A stretch of 63,846 nucleotides of DNA, filler included, from Aduncisulcus paluster (taxonomy: Eukaryota), in assembly GCA_024181965.1 (NCBI GenBank). It is 9 parts of 9 records of this genome, joined end to end, with 100 filler letters (N's around TTAATTAATTAA, not from the genome) between each part and the next. Parts side by side here need not be neighbours in the genome. Positions count along the whole stretch, not along the records: positions 3,119 to 11,934 come from BQXS01011394.1; positions 12,035 to 15,361 come from BQXS01011395.1; positions 15,462 to 18,854 come from BQXS01011396.1; positions 18,955 to 25,454 come from BQXS01011397.1; 5 more parts are not named here. One strand, written 5' to 3'. Each line of letters begins with the position of its first letter. Positions within the stretch are counted from its first letter, which is position 1. Positions 11,328 to 23,188 of this stretch are shown piece after piece. The translations under genes and the position numbers were made by a program. Below the pieces are notes generated by a model. It had not been told where the DNA came from and ran no database searches. It saw nothing but the letters and a program-made list of their open reading frames with translations.

Positions 11328-11933
11328 TTATTTATGAGATTTTCTCTTTTCTTTCTTTCCCCTTTTCTTATTTGCTGACATTTCCCCACTTGGTGCGACT
11401 ATTCTTTGTTCAATGCTATCGATTATGCTTGACATTCGTTTCAACTCTTGTTTCTTCAATGTATCTTGCTCAGATATTCTTCTTTTCCCCTGTGTGTGTG
11501 CACCTTTGGAACGTTTCCTTCCTTTCTTTTCTTGACTAACGATCGTCTCAACTGAACCAGCAAGAGCCTTGTCAAATGCCATTTCTTCTCTCTCTTTCAC
11601 CTTTTTGAACTGTTCTTCCTCTCTTTTCCCTTCAACTTCACTATCTTCCTCATCTTCCTCTTCTTTCCTCACAACGTTCTTCTCTCTCTTCTTCTTCTTC
11701 TCTCCTTTCTTTTTCTCGAGAAAAATAGGGGATTCTTTCTTCTCTTTTTGCTCAGATTGTTGGGAATCATCCTTCTTACTCTTTCCCACTCCTTGCTTCT
11801 CTTCCTTCTTCTTACTCTGTTTCGATTGTTTCTGAGTTTTCTCTTTCTCTTTCTCCTTGAGTTGTTGTTTTCTTCTAACATCTTCACAGATGTGAGCATG
11901 CTTTCTCAGAGAGGCGATAGATTCAACGGAAAA
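11328..11933 (-). CDS. C-terminal part of a K/E-rich protein, 5'-truncated at the contig end
   Basis: The frame is open from 11933 (FSVESIASLRKHAHICEDV..., possibly the end of a C2HC finger) to TAA at 11328. Confidence 0.6.
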   Translation of the reverse strand, partial: FSVESIASLRKHAHICEDVRRKQQLKEKEKEKTQKQSKQSKKKEEKQGVGKSKKDDSQQSEQKEKKESPIFLEKKKGEKKKKREKNVVRKEEEDEEDSEVEGKREEEQFKKVKEREEMAFDKALAGSVETIVSQEKKGRKRSKGAHTQGKRRISEQDTLKKQELKRMSSIIDSIEQRIVAPSGEMSANKKRGKKEKRKSHK

Positions 11934-12034
11934 CNNNNNNNNNNNNNNNNNNNNNNNNNNNNNNNNNNNNNNNNNNNNTTAATTAATTAANNNNNNNNNN
12001 NNNNNNNNNNNNNNNNNNNNNNNNNNNNNNNNNN

Positions 12035-12265
12035 CTCACTGATAAAGGCGAAGAAAAGAAAAGGCAGAAAGAAATCAAGTTGATTCATTCTAAAATCGAG
12101 ACTATTGCGGCAACTTTCTTTGATGAGAAGAAGTTTGATATTATTAGAGGAGTTTGTTTGAAGGTATTGAGTGTCCCATGTTCAGGTGCTGATGTTGAGA
12201 GATTTTTCTCACGTTTTAGTTTTATTTACTCTCCTGGCGATTGTGCTGCAGAATGCAGTACCTGA
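12035..12265 (+). mobile_element. hAT transposase C-terminal dimerisation-domain fragment
   Basis: VCLKVLSVPCSGADVERFFSRFSFIYSP matches the hATC consensus (L.S.P.S.A..ER.FS); it breaks off before the usual R.RL. Confidence 0.75.
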
Positions 12266-12477
12266 TGTCTACCGGGACAATGATACATGATACTGAGCAC
12301 AGGCTGAGCAGCAGTGAGGCTGCAGGTGCAGGAGAAGGAGGTGCAGTAACAGTCACGCACCACCCTACCTCTAAGGGTGACCACGGTCATCCTTGAAGAG
12401 AGTTGAGGAGGGTGTTGGCGGCGGCTGGGCACAGGCGGTACCGGTTGATTACCGCCCGATCAGATATTTAATAAATT

Positions 12478-14484
12478 GTGGAACCGTTTAGATCCGTTAT
12501 AAAGATTTTTAGATTTATTTGTTTAGTACTACCACAGTGGGCCCATTACGATATAAACGCCATATCCGACTCGGATGATACATATATAGATATCGATGAT
12601 CTTCACCATGATATCGATGATTTTCATCATGACGATGGCGACTTTGGTTTTGACGATGGCGACTTTGGTGTTGATGATGGTGACTTTGGTGTTGATGATG
12701 GTGACTTTGGTGTTGATGATGGTAGTACGGATTTTTCTTTCCCTATCACTACGTTCTTTGATGATTATTTGGTTCACCTTAATTCATTATCTCCTTTTGC
12801 ACGCAATATGGCGTTGAAATGTCTGAAGAGGGAAATATCAGAAGGTCTGTACAGATCCATATATACAGATTTAAGAACTTCCGGCTATACTACAGATATG
12901 CTATCGTTTCCCGACCTGGTTACAATGCGAGATGATATTGCTTCAACACACTCAAAAATTTACACTGAAACAGCTCAATTAAGACGGCCATCAGAAAGAC
13001 TAGTTTTGGAACGAACTCAAAAATTTAGATGGTACAATATTACTTCTTTTGCTGTTCCCCACTTGATAATATCACATTTCGAGCATCTAACCCATATTAG
13101 TCCCTATCAATTTATTGACAAAGAAAAATATTGTGATGAGCCTGTCTCTTTTAAACGGCATTATACAATGATTGATATGATTCGGGATAAAATGGGAATC
13201 ACATCACGAGAAGAATTCCCTAACTTCGATTCCATCAATGAATATGTAGCCTACTGTTCAGCAAATCACATTGAACCTATTATTGTTGCACCCATCATTA
13301 TATATATGGATGGTATAGCGACAGCTAAAATAGGTCACACTGTCCTTTCTATTAAAATTACATTAGGTAATCTTCCTATTGATATCCGATTCAGGAATGA
13401 AGCTTGGGAGGAAATCACACTTATTGATGAATCCCATGCCTTAACAACCACAATCTTAGCTCTCAATAGACTCATGGATGATATGAAAACCCTGCAATCT
13501 GGTATTATATTAAGAGTCCGTGGAGTATCTGTTAAACTTACTGGATACCCCCTCTGTATTATTGCTGATGGAAAACAGAAAGCATTGAATCTAGGAATTC
13601 ATACAAATTACTTCCCATGCCCTTGGTGTTACGCTTCAGGAATGGAGTTGCTAATACCGACTGGAAACCAATTGGTTTTGCGAGACGCATCAACTGTCGA
13701 AACGATATCGTTAAGTTCAGGCGCCATTTTAAGACCATCTACGAATGTGATGCCATTGTTTTTCCACTCAATTTATTCGCCTAAGAGGGTCATACTGAAC
13801 CCATATAAATTGCACGTTGGAGATATTCTCCATGATTTTTTCCTTGGTGTGTGTACCGACATGCTTGCTCTGGAAAGAATTTTGAATGATACTCAATTAA
13901 ATATATTTAACCACCGGCTTGAAAAATGTGGGTGTCGTTTAAGATTAAAAAAGAAATTGAGAGATGGGAATGATGCTAGATGGTTTCTCCATTATTTTCC
14001 TATTTGCATTTTTCAGCTTGATTCATATCCCCCAAATTCTCAACATCTATTTCATTTTCTTTATCAAACAGATATGGATGGTTCTCCTTCAGCATTCCAA
14101 ATTCCTTTTTCAATGCCATCCATATCCACAAAAGATGATGTTTCTTCAATCACGTTCAAATGTGTATTATATATGGCGGCAATCATGAATATTTACATGA
14201 TCGAATTTGGCCAAGCATCGGATGAAGTGTCATGTAAAAGATGTGTGGAACTCTTCAATACACACATGAAGATAATGACACCACTATGTATAATGGGAGG
14301 AATCATAAGCAGCACAGAACCGATTCACAAGGTAAAATGCCATACTATGAGACACCTTTGGGATTGGGTTCGTGAACTTGGGCCAATTGGTCAGTATTCT
14401 GCCGAAGTTGGAGAACGCCTAAATCAAAAGGTCTATAGATGCTATCGTAGTAGTACTATTGGCTTGCGGTATGCAAGTGGCTAG
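12478..14484 (+). mobile_element. Plavaka/CMC(CACTA)-like DDE transposase ORF
   Basis: IIIYMDG..GH..SIKITLGNLP..R; IIADGKQ..PCPWC; DILHDFFLGV; KCHTMRHL..WVRELGP..YSAEVGERLN. The acidic N-terminus carries 21-nt DDGDFGV repeats. Confidence 0.75.
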
Positions 14485-14590
14485 CAAATTTATTAATAAA
14501 AGAATAATCGGCCGCATACCGGTAATGCCGGTTAGTACCGGTAGCCATCACAATATCCCATTGCATATCCTTCCTGTTCTATAGTGCTCC

Positions 14591-14785
14591 ATAAGATTCA
14601 TATCTGATCACAAAGCTTACGTCCTTAAGGGCGGACAGAAACCCATTGAAGGATGTATCTCTGCCAAAGTGTGTCGTCTGTTGGTATTCTATGCATCAGC
14701 AGATGATCGAAAGAAACCCATGATGCATCTGTTAAGGAAGCACCTTGCCCCAAAGACTCATGAAGAATATATATCTCGTCTATGA
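14591..14785 (+). pseudogene. Retrotransposon gag fragment (absent from the ORF track)
   Basis: Translates to IRFISDHKAYVLKGGQKPIEGCISAKV...KHLAPKTHEEYISRL*, matching QKFLSDFKAYVARGGSKPIEHCLS (58702-59266) and SFGAHSTQEFYDRL (61164-61803). Confidence 0.75.
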
Positions 14786-14839
14786 GATTGTTAACAAGTG
14801 CATTATAATTGAAAATTTATTTTTTAAATTTAATTTAAT

Positions 14840-15361
14840 ATGGGAAAGAAAAGAAGAGCAATGGCGGGGCGCAATTTGGGCGGTTCTGGGATGTCTATGA
14901 TAGATTCAGCGCTCACTGGAGCCCAGACGCCGATTAGCAAAAGACTGTGAGAGTTAGAACTAGAACAGAGTACCCCTGTTATGGATGAGGTCGAAAAAAG
15001 TGAACGAGAGGAAGATCAGAGTGTTAAAAAAATGATGGAAGAAACGTTAGGAACAATTATGACGAAATTAAGCAGGATGGAAGAGGAAAACGAGAGAAGA
15101 TTTGCGGATTTAGAAATGAGATTGGAAAGTGCCGGAAATAAGCCTGCGAGGTCTTTTGACGTGGATGAAGAGGAAGAAGAGGAAGAAAAGAGCAACGATG
15201 AAGAGTCTAAGGAGGAAAAGGAAGTATCAAAATTATCGTTAGGATATTTGAAGTCAGATCATTTTGGGCGATGGAAACCCGATTGTTCAGTCTCAATCAG
15301 GAGATTCTGAGGTGTTGACCCAACTATTACCAGTAGAGAGCCATCCAGTCCTGGAACTATT
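14840..15361 (+). pseudogene. Degenerate coiled-coil/acidic ORF, possibly a gag N-terminus, with in-frame TGA codons
   Basis: ATG 14840 is in frame with ORF 14981..15310; TGA at 14948 (KRL*ELE) and 15308. Layout resembles the N-terminus of the 59266 gag. Confidence 0.4.
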
Positions 15362-15461
15362 NNNNNNNNNNNNNNNNNNNNNNNNNNNNNNNNNNNNNNN
15401 NNNNNTTAATTAATTAANNNNNNNNNNNNNNNNNNNNNNNNNNNNNNNNNNNNNNNNNNNN

Positions 15462-17963
15462 CCTCCGTTCGTACTTGCTTCGAAGGAAAGGTCTCCGAAT
15501 CTTCATGGAAGGCGTGACACATTTGTTGTCAACAGTCCATTCTTCCCATTCCAATATCACAGCTCGAGGGATTTCGAATGATCTGAGTTTGGCCTCCTTA
15601 CAGCACATAACGATGTTCTTGTGCACAAATCCAATGACTTTCTTACAATGGCATAATGCTTCCTTATCTTCGAGTGCATCAACTTCTTCTTTTGTCATGA
15701 TCTCCTCAGATACCAAACTCTCCCTCACTTCAGCTTCATCCACTTGAACAACAGCAAGCACAAAGCTCTCGTACCTGTTCCCATACATGAAGGATAGTTC
15801 GACCATTGGAGAGGAAGAATAGGCACGTTCAAGAGCCTCAGCACTCACAAACTCTCCTTGACTCAACTTGTACACACACTTCTTCCTGTCGATGATCTGG
15901 ATGACTCCATCAGTAAAACGAGCAATGTCCCCCGTGTGGAAGTATCCTTCGTCATCAAATACTTCTTTTGTCTTGTCTGGGAGTTTCCAATATCCGGAGA
16001 AGATATTACCCCCTTTGATGCACAGTTCACCACGGGGATAGGGTTTGTCAGTACTGAGATATTCAAGCTCAGGAACATCGACCAGTTTGACACTGATTGA
16101 TCCAAGAGGACGTCCACAATTAGCATATGATCTGCATGGACACTTCTGCACGATTCCTGCAGCACACGTCTCCGTCATTCCCCATCCTTCGACCAACTCA
16201 CAGCCCATCACACAGCCGACAAACTCAGCAACACTGGGGGACAATGGAGCACTGCCACTGATGATCTCCTTGCAACGATTTCCAAGAAGACGTTGGATGT
16301 CCTTGAACACAAAGTTATAGCGAGAGGGGATCTTCAGTCGTTTGGCCTCATACTTCCACTTGATGTTCTGATTCAAGGCACGAAGGAATAGGAATCGAAG
16401 AATAGCGGGTTTGTGTTTGAGTTTTTTCATGACAGTATCAAAGATTTTCTGGAACACTCTTGGAACCCCAATAAATACCGTAGGACGGCAGAAGAATAGG
16501 TCATCCATCAATGTCTTTGTAGATCCCCCAAAGAAAGACATAACCCCTCCCCTTGCGAAAACAACCATACTCACAGCACGTTGGAAGATATGAGAAGAAG
16601 GGAGGAAAGAGAGGATACAGAGCTGACTGATATTCTTCTTCTTGCGCTTAATGTGACTCACAACATCAAGATACTTGATCATACGATCGATGATATTCAC
16701 AGCAGTCATCTTCTTACCGGCCAAGAGTTTGGAACGGTACTTCTCAGAGAGATTGTTCTCGAATTCTTCTTCCTTCGTCTGGGTAATGACAGGAATGAAC
16801 TGGTACACGGCATAAAGAAGGTTACTATGTGTTAAAACACATCCCTTGGGGTCTCCAGTAGTCCCACTTGAGTAGACAAGACTGAAAATATCATCAGGCT
16901 TGAGGGTATCGATGATGGGTGGTAATGTGAGGATAGCACGCTCTTCCATGGTCAAAGGAAGTGACACATCAGTCGGTGGAAGGTCGCTTACAAGAGTTAC
17001 ATGCATTGAAGGATCAAACAGAAGATCAAGATCATCAGAGGATTCGTCACGAATAACTTCCTCAGATGTTGTTTCTTCCTTCGAAATTGAACGCATTCCA
17101 ACAATGTCTTTCACGAGTAAGGCACGTCCCCTTGCAATAAGCTGAGAGTAACCGTGATCAACATTATGACAAAGTGCAGCTCCATCACTATCGGCCAGGG
17201 CGAGAGTGGGAGCGATATGAGGGAATGGAACATACGACCATCTGCCATTTCCAAGCTTCTCTGTTGTTGAGGGAGAAGGAGCAGCGATAGTATCTTCAAG
17301 GGCAGCATAGAAACTCTTATCAGGAGGAACATAGCAATTAAGATCCTTGTTTCGTTCGTTAATCTCTTCCTCAGTGTAGGGAACATTGAGAATATAGGGG
17401 GCGGTTAGATGTTTTGCATGTTTGAGGAGAAAAGCACGATCATCGGGACGATTATCGAATACGACAACTTTTGATAAGGATTCTGGCCAGGAACCGGCAA
17501 GCATATGGAACTTTGGAAGAATTTCCATGGTGATGAACATCATCTTAATGCCAGAATCATGCGCAACATACTTAACAGAATCAAGGCCTTGGCTGTCGTA
17601 AAGAGGAACGAGAATAAGACCAAGACAATTCGAAGCATAGTCAAGAACATGCCACTCATATCTGTTGTAACTCCAAACTCCGATCCGGTCACCAATTTTA
17701 AGGCCGAACGAAGCTAAGGCGCGAGCCAAAGCGGCAACATCCTCACCAAATTGTTGATAAGTAAAATACTCGAATGGTCCTCGCTTATTACCATGGCAAT
17801 ACGAACGATAAGCACCGAAAGCTGCCTTTTTAGCATTAAACACGATAGATTCAACAATCAATTCCGATAGAATGTTAAAGCGCTCTGGAGGGTCTTCCAT
17901 GTGGCTTTGAATAGGGAAAAGACATTGTCCAGGTTGAAAAATGGGATCAACAGGAGGAGGCAT
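15462..17963 (-). CDS. Long-chain fatty acyl-CoA synthetase (AMP-binding), 3'-truncated by the contig end
   Basis: YSSGTTGDPKG, SFLPSSHIFQR, EGWGMTET, GELCIKGGNIFSGY, FHTGDI, IIDRKK..KLSQGEFV and TPSMKIRR motifs. Confidence 0.95.
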
Positions 17964-18153
17964 CCAATCAGGTGTGACAAAGCGTTCCGTTTTTGAATTC
18001 TATCCACTGGATAGAATCATTGGCAATGGTTTTCTAAAAATATATAATTCAACCAAAAATAATTAATTTAATTTCAATGATTTATTAGCGTTGAGCATTT
18101 TTCTACTCTTTTCCCGCCGGGAAATTCCCGGGATAATAGGGGAATTTCCGAAT

Positions 18154-18270
18154 AGGGGGGGTATTTCGAAATTATTTTTAATAAAGAAATTACTCCATCA
18201 ATAAACTTTATTGGTCAGCAATTTCGAAATTAGTCGGCAATTTCGAAATTGGTTCGAATTTTGAAATTGG
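18154..18270. repeat. Palindromic (A)ATTTCGAAATT repeats; probable subterminal region or end of the Harbinger element
   Basis: ATTTCGAAATT at about 18163, 18221 and 18240, plus a variant at about 18258, next to a G-run (taggggggg). Confidence 0.5.
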
Positions 18271-18423
18271 TCCGCCAGATGTGAAATTTCATTGATTTTT
18301 CCGTAATTGATTAATATCGTAATTGTATTATCGTAAAATATGATATTTTCTTAATTAAATACAGAAACAATGAATATTTATTGTTTAATATCTCGTAATT
18401 ATGTTACAATGCTTGAACTCGAT

Positions 18424-18854
18424 CTAATCATCTTCTTCTTCGGTTGGACGTGAATCACTGGTTAAAACGGCACTTTGAGAGAGCAAAGATAAGTTTGGTG
18501 AGTGTTCAGCTGGTGCATCTTGACCTTCCTCGTCTTCTTCCTCGTCTTCTTCTACCCTCCTATTAGGAAGGGAATACCAATGCTTTCTCATCAAATGTCG
18601 ATACGTCGCTGCTTCATCTCGTCTTAACGGGGATCTTGTCACTAACAAATTGGTCAGGGCAACGCATACAAGAAATATGTCGGCATATGATTCACCCCCC
18701 AAAGAGAAGCGACCCCCCATAACCCTCCAAGTGTTTTTTAAACGGCCAAAGAATTGCTCCACAATGAGTCTGTCTGCGCTCATGTTGTGATTCCTTATTC
18801 TCTCCTCCTCTGAAATATGCTCATGTTTGCATATATATGCCTTTACCGGATTCG
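18424..18854 (-). mobile_element. PIF/Harbinger (DDE_Tnp_4) transposase C-terminal part
   Basis: RNHNMSADRLIVEQFFGRLKNTWRVM...CVALTN matches N..S..R..VE..FG.LK..W; 5'-truncated by the linker. Confidence 0.85.
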
Positions 18855-18954
18855 NNNNNNNNNNNNNNNNNNNNNNNNNNNNNNNNNNNNNNNNNNNNTT
18901 AATTAATTAANNNNNNNNNNNNNNNNNNNNNNNNNNNNNNNNNNNNNNNNNNNN

Positions 18955-21055
18955 ACACTGAATTATACACAGCAACACCTCCACCAGCAAGAGCACCTAC
19001 TCCAACCACACCAATAACTCCTATCAGAAGTGCATTTGAGCTTTTATCCTCACATTTCTCACTGTTTTCATTCCAATCACATTCCTGATGAAACTGTGAA
19101 CTATAATTAGAACATCCCTCAGAACTTGAGAATTGGCTACATTTTGTGATATTATCGTAATACCAACCTGCACCATCACATTGGTCTGAATATGGACAAA
19201 AAATATCACCATACAAACATTTTCCATTCGAATCCTTGCTGGTAACTGAAGAACTGGCACACCAACCGCAGAGATTTTCCTTTGCGCAATCATTAGCATT
19301 TTTAATCTGAGCACAATTGGTATTATTTTCATATTCCCATCCTTCCGAACACTTTTCAGAAGGCGTTTGCCAGTTTTTCCCACCTTCGATACACATGTTA
19401 TTATTCTTGATATTGACTGGGATATATGAAGAATAATTATTGCTAGTATCACCAAGATAATATGAATTATCCTCCCTGTTCTGCTGATTAAAGCTATCAA
19501 AATGACAAGAATCAGTGTCACGAACACTATTCCCCCAACACCATCCACACATTGAGTTAGACTGTGAAATACATGAATCATGGTTATTTTCATAGCTATC
19601 ACAAGAAGAACACTCATCAAATCTCCAAGCGTCCAGAGATATGCAAAAATTTTGAGAATAAGAACCCACAGAATCACCAACAAGACACTCACCTGATGAA
19701 GCACACCATCCACAGTTCTCATCCTCGATACAATCTGAACAAGATGAATGACCAGAACAATTTGGACAATTTGCAGAGTCACCAGTAAAAAGACCTGCAT
19801 CACAACTGGATGCTTCCGATGCACACGTTGCTGATTGACTGCACCAAGAACAAGAATCAATAGTAACATCATTTAGAGGTCTGTTCGAGTCAAAATCATA
19901 GTTTGAGGAAAGATCAAGACAGTTGGAACACCCTGTGAAGGCAGAACAATCATCAATCCTATATACAAGCAAATCTGAAGTGACAGGCTTACTAGAATCG
20001 GCTGAATCCGACCCTCCATGCAAGATGAGAACTCCATGTTCCCTTGTTGCATCGTCCAATATTCCCACATAGCTTGTGGACGCAGCATATTCACGGGGAA
20101 TGGTACAATCACAATCACTGTTAGGATCCCAAGTTCCAAGTCTATTGTCTCCAGAGTGGAAAGAATAAACGGCTTTGGTCTGCCCTCCAAAGATATACGC
20201 ATTAGTATGGTCTGGGACAAGAGATATCGTTGAACTGACCTCATAATAGGCGGCGAAGTCAAGATCATCATTCTCGACCTCCCATTCATCAATCTCAATG
20301 ATATACTTATAAATATCAGTACAAACCTCTACATCTTGTTCACCAGATTTACAAGAACCAAAAATGATAAATAAACATTCATCATACGTGTCTGAGGGCA
20401 TTATAACAGCGCTATGGTTATATCTAGCCCTGGGAGGGATTCCAATTGAAATTATTTCACTTCCCCATTGTCGATTTGTTATATCGAAGACATATAATTC
20501 ATTGTTCATGGTAAGAGAACCAGCATCAGTACGTCCTCCAAACAAATAAGCACTTTCAAAGGTACCATTTGGAGTGAAAGAAGCACCATACCGTTCAGAA
20601 GGAGCATTGGAAGTTGCAACCTCAACAATTTCATTTGGATTATCATATGAAATGTAGAATAAATCGTTTAATAACACATTGCTGTCAGACATACCCCCAA
20701 AGAAATACATTTGGGTGTCAGTGCAGAAAACACTGGCATAAGCACGTGCTTTGGGCATATTGTTGACTGAAGTTGTCACAGATATCTGTGACCATGTGAT
20801 AGACCTTGTGGAAAAGTCAAGAGTTCCAACAAAAACATCATTATGCATACGATTGTCATATTCACCTCCATAAACTAATAATTTGACAGCGGCTTCCTCA
20901 GTAAATGAGCACATAATGTGACCCTTACGGGCAGCCATATAATCACCATAGGAAGAAAAAAGATTCCATGAATCAGCAGCCATATCTGTAGCATGAGCTA
21001 TAGAGCTAAAACAAAATAGAATTATTAATAATATCGCTAATTTTGACATTTTCAT
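18955..21055 (-). CDS. Attractin/MEGF8-like type I membrane protein (kelch propeller plus PSI repeats), 3'-truncated
   Basis: Signal peptide MKMSKLAILLIILFCFSSIAHA; kelch repeats (YGG, FFGG, LFGG, IFGG, LHGG); several C.WC PSI repeats; TM LLIGVIGVVGVGALAGGGVAVY. Confidence 0.85.
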
Positions 21056-21338
21056 CTTTGTATAAATTTGGAATGATGTGGAAATGGAGACAAATTGAGA
21101 GAAATGTGGAAATGCTTCAAAAATAAATGAAAAATGTAAACTTTCGTATTGACCATTAATAAAATATTTTATTTCATTACAACTTAAATTTTCTACGAGG
21201 CACAAGTAACGAGATCCGCAATAAAGAATCCATCCGCTCAACTACATTAAATAAGCCAAAAATAATACAATAACAAGTTTCCCTGTCTTATTTGAAGCCT
21301 TATAATTTAATAATAATTTACAGAATTGAACATGTATT

Positions 21339-22919
21339 ATGTTTTCAATGATTGAGTATGGATGTTCTGGCTTTGGTCGAATTAGCGTTTCCAAGTCACC
21401 AAAAATAATGTGGAGCTTATTAAATATACCGCCTCAAAATCCGGGTTATATTGCAGCCACGCTGAAACAACCACCAATATGTTCAACAAAATTATCTCTT
21501 GATCATTTTCCATCTTCCCGAAAATCATTATATAATACTGCCTTTGTTAGGACCGATGTACTTGGCANNNNNNNNNNNNNNNNNNNNGGTCGAATTAGCG
21601 TTTCCAAGTCACCAAAAATAATGTGGAGCTTATTAAATATACCGCCTCAAAATCCGGGTTATATTGCAGCCACGCTGAAACAACCACCAATATGTTCAAC
21701 AAAATTATCTCTTGATCATTTTCCATCTTCCCGAAAATCATTATATAATACTGCCTTTGTTAGGACCGATGTACTTGGCAGAGCAGAATTAAACAAATCC
21801 TCTCGTATTATTGTCAATATCGATTCTGAATCTTCCAAAGCCTACATTTCACAATTATTTTCCTTACTTCGATCTTTTCAACATATAATGACTATCCTTG
21901 CTGTATTCATTCTAAAACAAACCCCTATTTCTTCGGAGTCAAGCTCTATTGAGTCTTCTTCAGAAATAACTTTAATTAATATATTTTGCACCAGAACAGA
22001 CTCTGAATCCTCTGTAATCAAGTCTCTTATCGATCTTATCTACCACGAATCCCTTATTCCAATCCTTATGGCCTCTTCAACTGCTCCTCATCCTCCTTCT
22101 GAAGATCCTTTCGATTTTAAATCTATAATAACCCATCGAATCCTGTTTCCTCGCCAAAGATCATTTTCCAAGGGGTGTTCTGTATCATGGCACTCCAGGA
22201 CACAGTCGAAACAACCTTCTCGAACCCACTCCAGAACCCACTCCAGAACACAATCAAGACAGCAATCAAGACAGCAATCAAGACAGCACTCAAGACAGCA
22301 CTCAAGACAGCACTCAAGACAGCATTCTAAGGCCCAGTTTGTTTCGGCTACAGCGCAGTTACTTCAGGATTCTTCCTCTCACCCTTCGTCCCATGCTTCA
22401 ACATCCTCTCATGGCAGTGTACAATCACATATCCAATTTGACAAGAAGGTCATTGATATTGGTTCTGTTTCCCATCAGTATCGTGATCATTTGGACCCCT
22501 CAGATGAAACACATCATTCAGATAATCTGATTCATGATGACAGTCAACGTGTTCTTGCTGGACTCGAAGGTGCTATTGCCAAACTCTCGATTCCTTCCGG
22601 AGGCGGTGAGGATGAAATAAGATGTTGCAGAAGCTCATTTTCACAGAAAGAAGAACACGAAGAATCTCCAAAAATAGAATGCGGGACAAAGAAATCTGAG
22701 GATGGTGTGACTGAGAACATTGATTTGAAGACGACAGAAGAGAAAAAGAAGGAAAAGAGCGAATATATGGAAGACAAATGTAAAGATAATCCTGAATGTT
22801 CGAAATTATCTCTGAAAAGATCCAAAAATGAACCAAATTATGCACTGCTTCCAATGACAATATTCGCCCTTCTAATTGTTTTAATATCTCTTGGAATCGT
22901 TTTTATTATGGGAAAATAA
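21339..22919 (+). CDS. Tail-anchored membrane protein of unknown function (about 455 aa after removing the gap duplication)
   Basis: A single C-terminal TM; 12-nt SRTH/SRQQ/SRQH repeats at about 22195-22327; 21375-21567 duplicated across a 20-N gap. Confidence 0.65.
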   Translation: MFSMIEYGCSGFGRISVSKSPKIMWSLLNIPPQNPGYIAATLKQPPICSTKLSLDHFPSSRKSLYNTAFVRTDVLGXXXXXXXGRISVSKSPKIMWSLLNIPPQNPGYIAATLKQPPICSTKLSLDHFPSSRKSLYNTAFVRTDVLGRAELNKSSRIIVNIDSESSKAYISQLFSLLRSFQHIMTILAVFILKQTPISSESSSIESSSEITLINIFCTRTDSESSVIKSLIDLIYHESLIPILMASSTAPHPPSEDPFDFKSIITHRILFPRQRSFSKGCSVSWHSRTQSKQPSRTHSRTHSRTQSRQQSRQQSRQHSRQHSRQHSRQHSKAQFVSATAQLLQDSSSHPSSHASTSSHGSVQSHIQFDKKVIDIGSVSHQYRDHLDPSDETHHSDNLIHDDSQRVLAGLEGAIAKLSIPSGGGEDEIRCCRSSFSQKEEHEESPKIECGTKKSEDGVTENIDLKTTEEKKKEKSEYMEDKCKDNPECSKLSLKRSKNEPNYALLPMTIFALLIVLISLGIVFIMGK

Positions 22920-23188
22920 ACCCGATCGAGGACGTTTCTGTTGCACTTTCGGCCGGTCCGGTTGGGACCGGTAATGCTCAGCTTAACATGTATTTGATGG
23001 GTTAACCAAACAAATAAAATAATTTTTTGAATAAAAAAAGTATTTATATAATAAATAATACATTAGAATTTTGTATAAATAAATAAATTAATGGCCTCAA
23101 TTAATCTACGGTTTTCTCTTTTGTTGAGAATATTATTCAATTTTTTTTTGTAATATTTACATTTACAAGCAATTATAATTCTTCTTTC

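Noticed and set aside
14479-14484. CTAG ends of both Plavaka ORFs as Helitron 3' termini
   Set aside because: Not followed by T, no properly placed subterminal hairpin, and no Rep/helicase sequence.
19024-19872. Long alternative-frame and antisense ORFs (e.g. 19024..19872, 3444..4085, 55769..56362, 31038..31367)
   Set aside because: Shadows of real CDSs arising from codon bias and repeats; no independent motifs.
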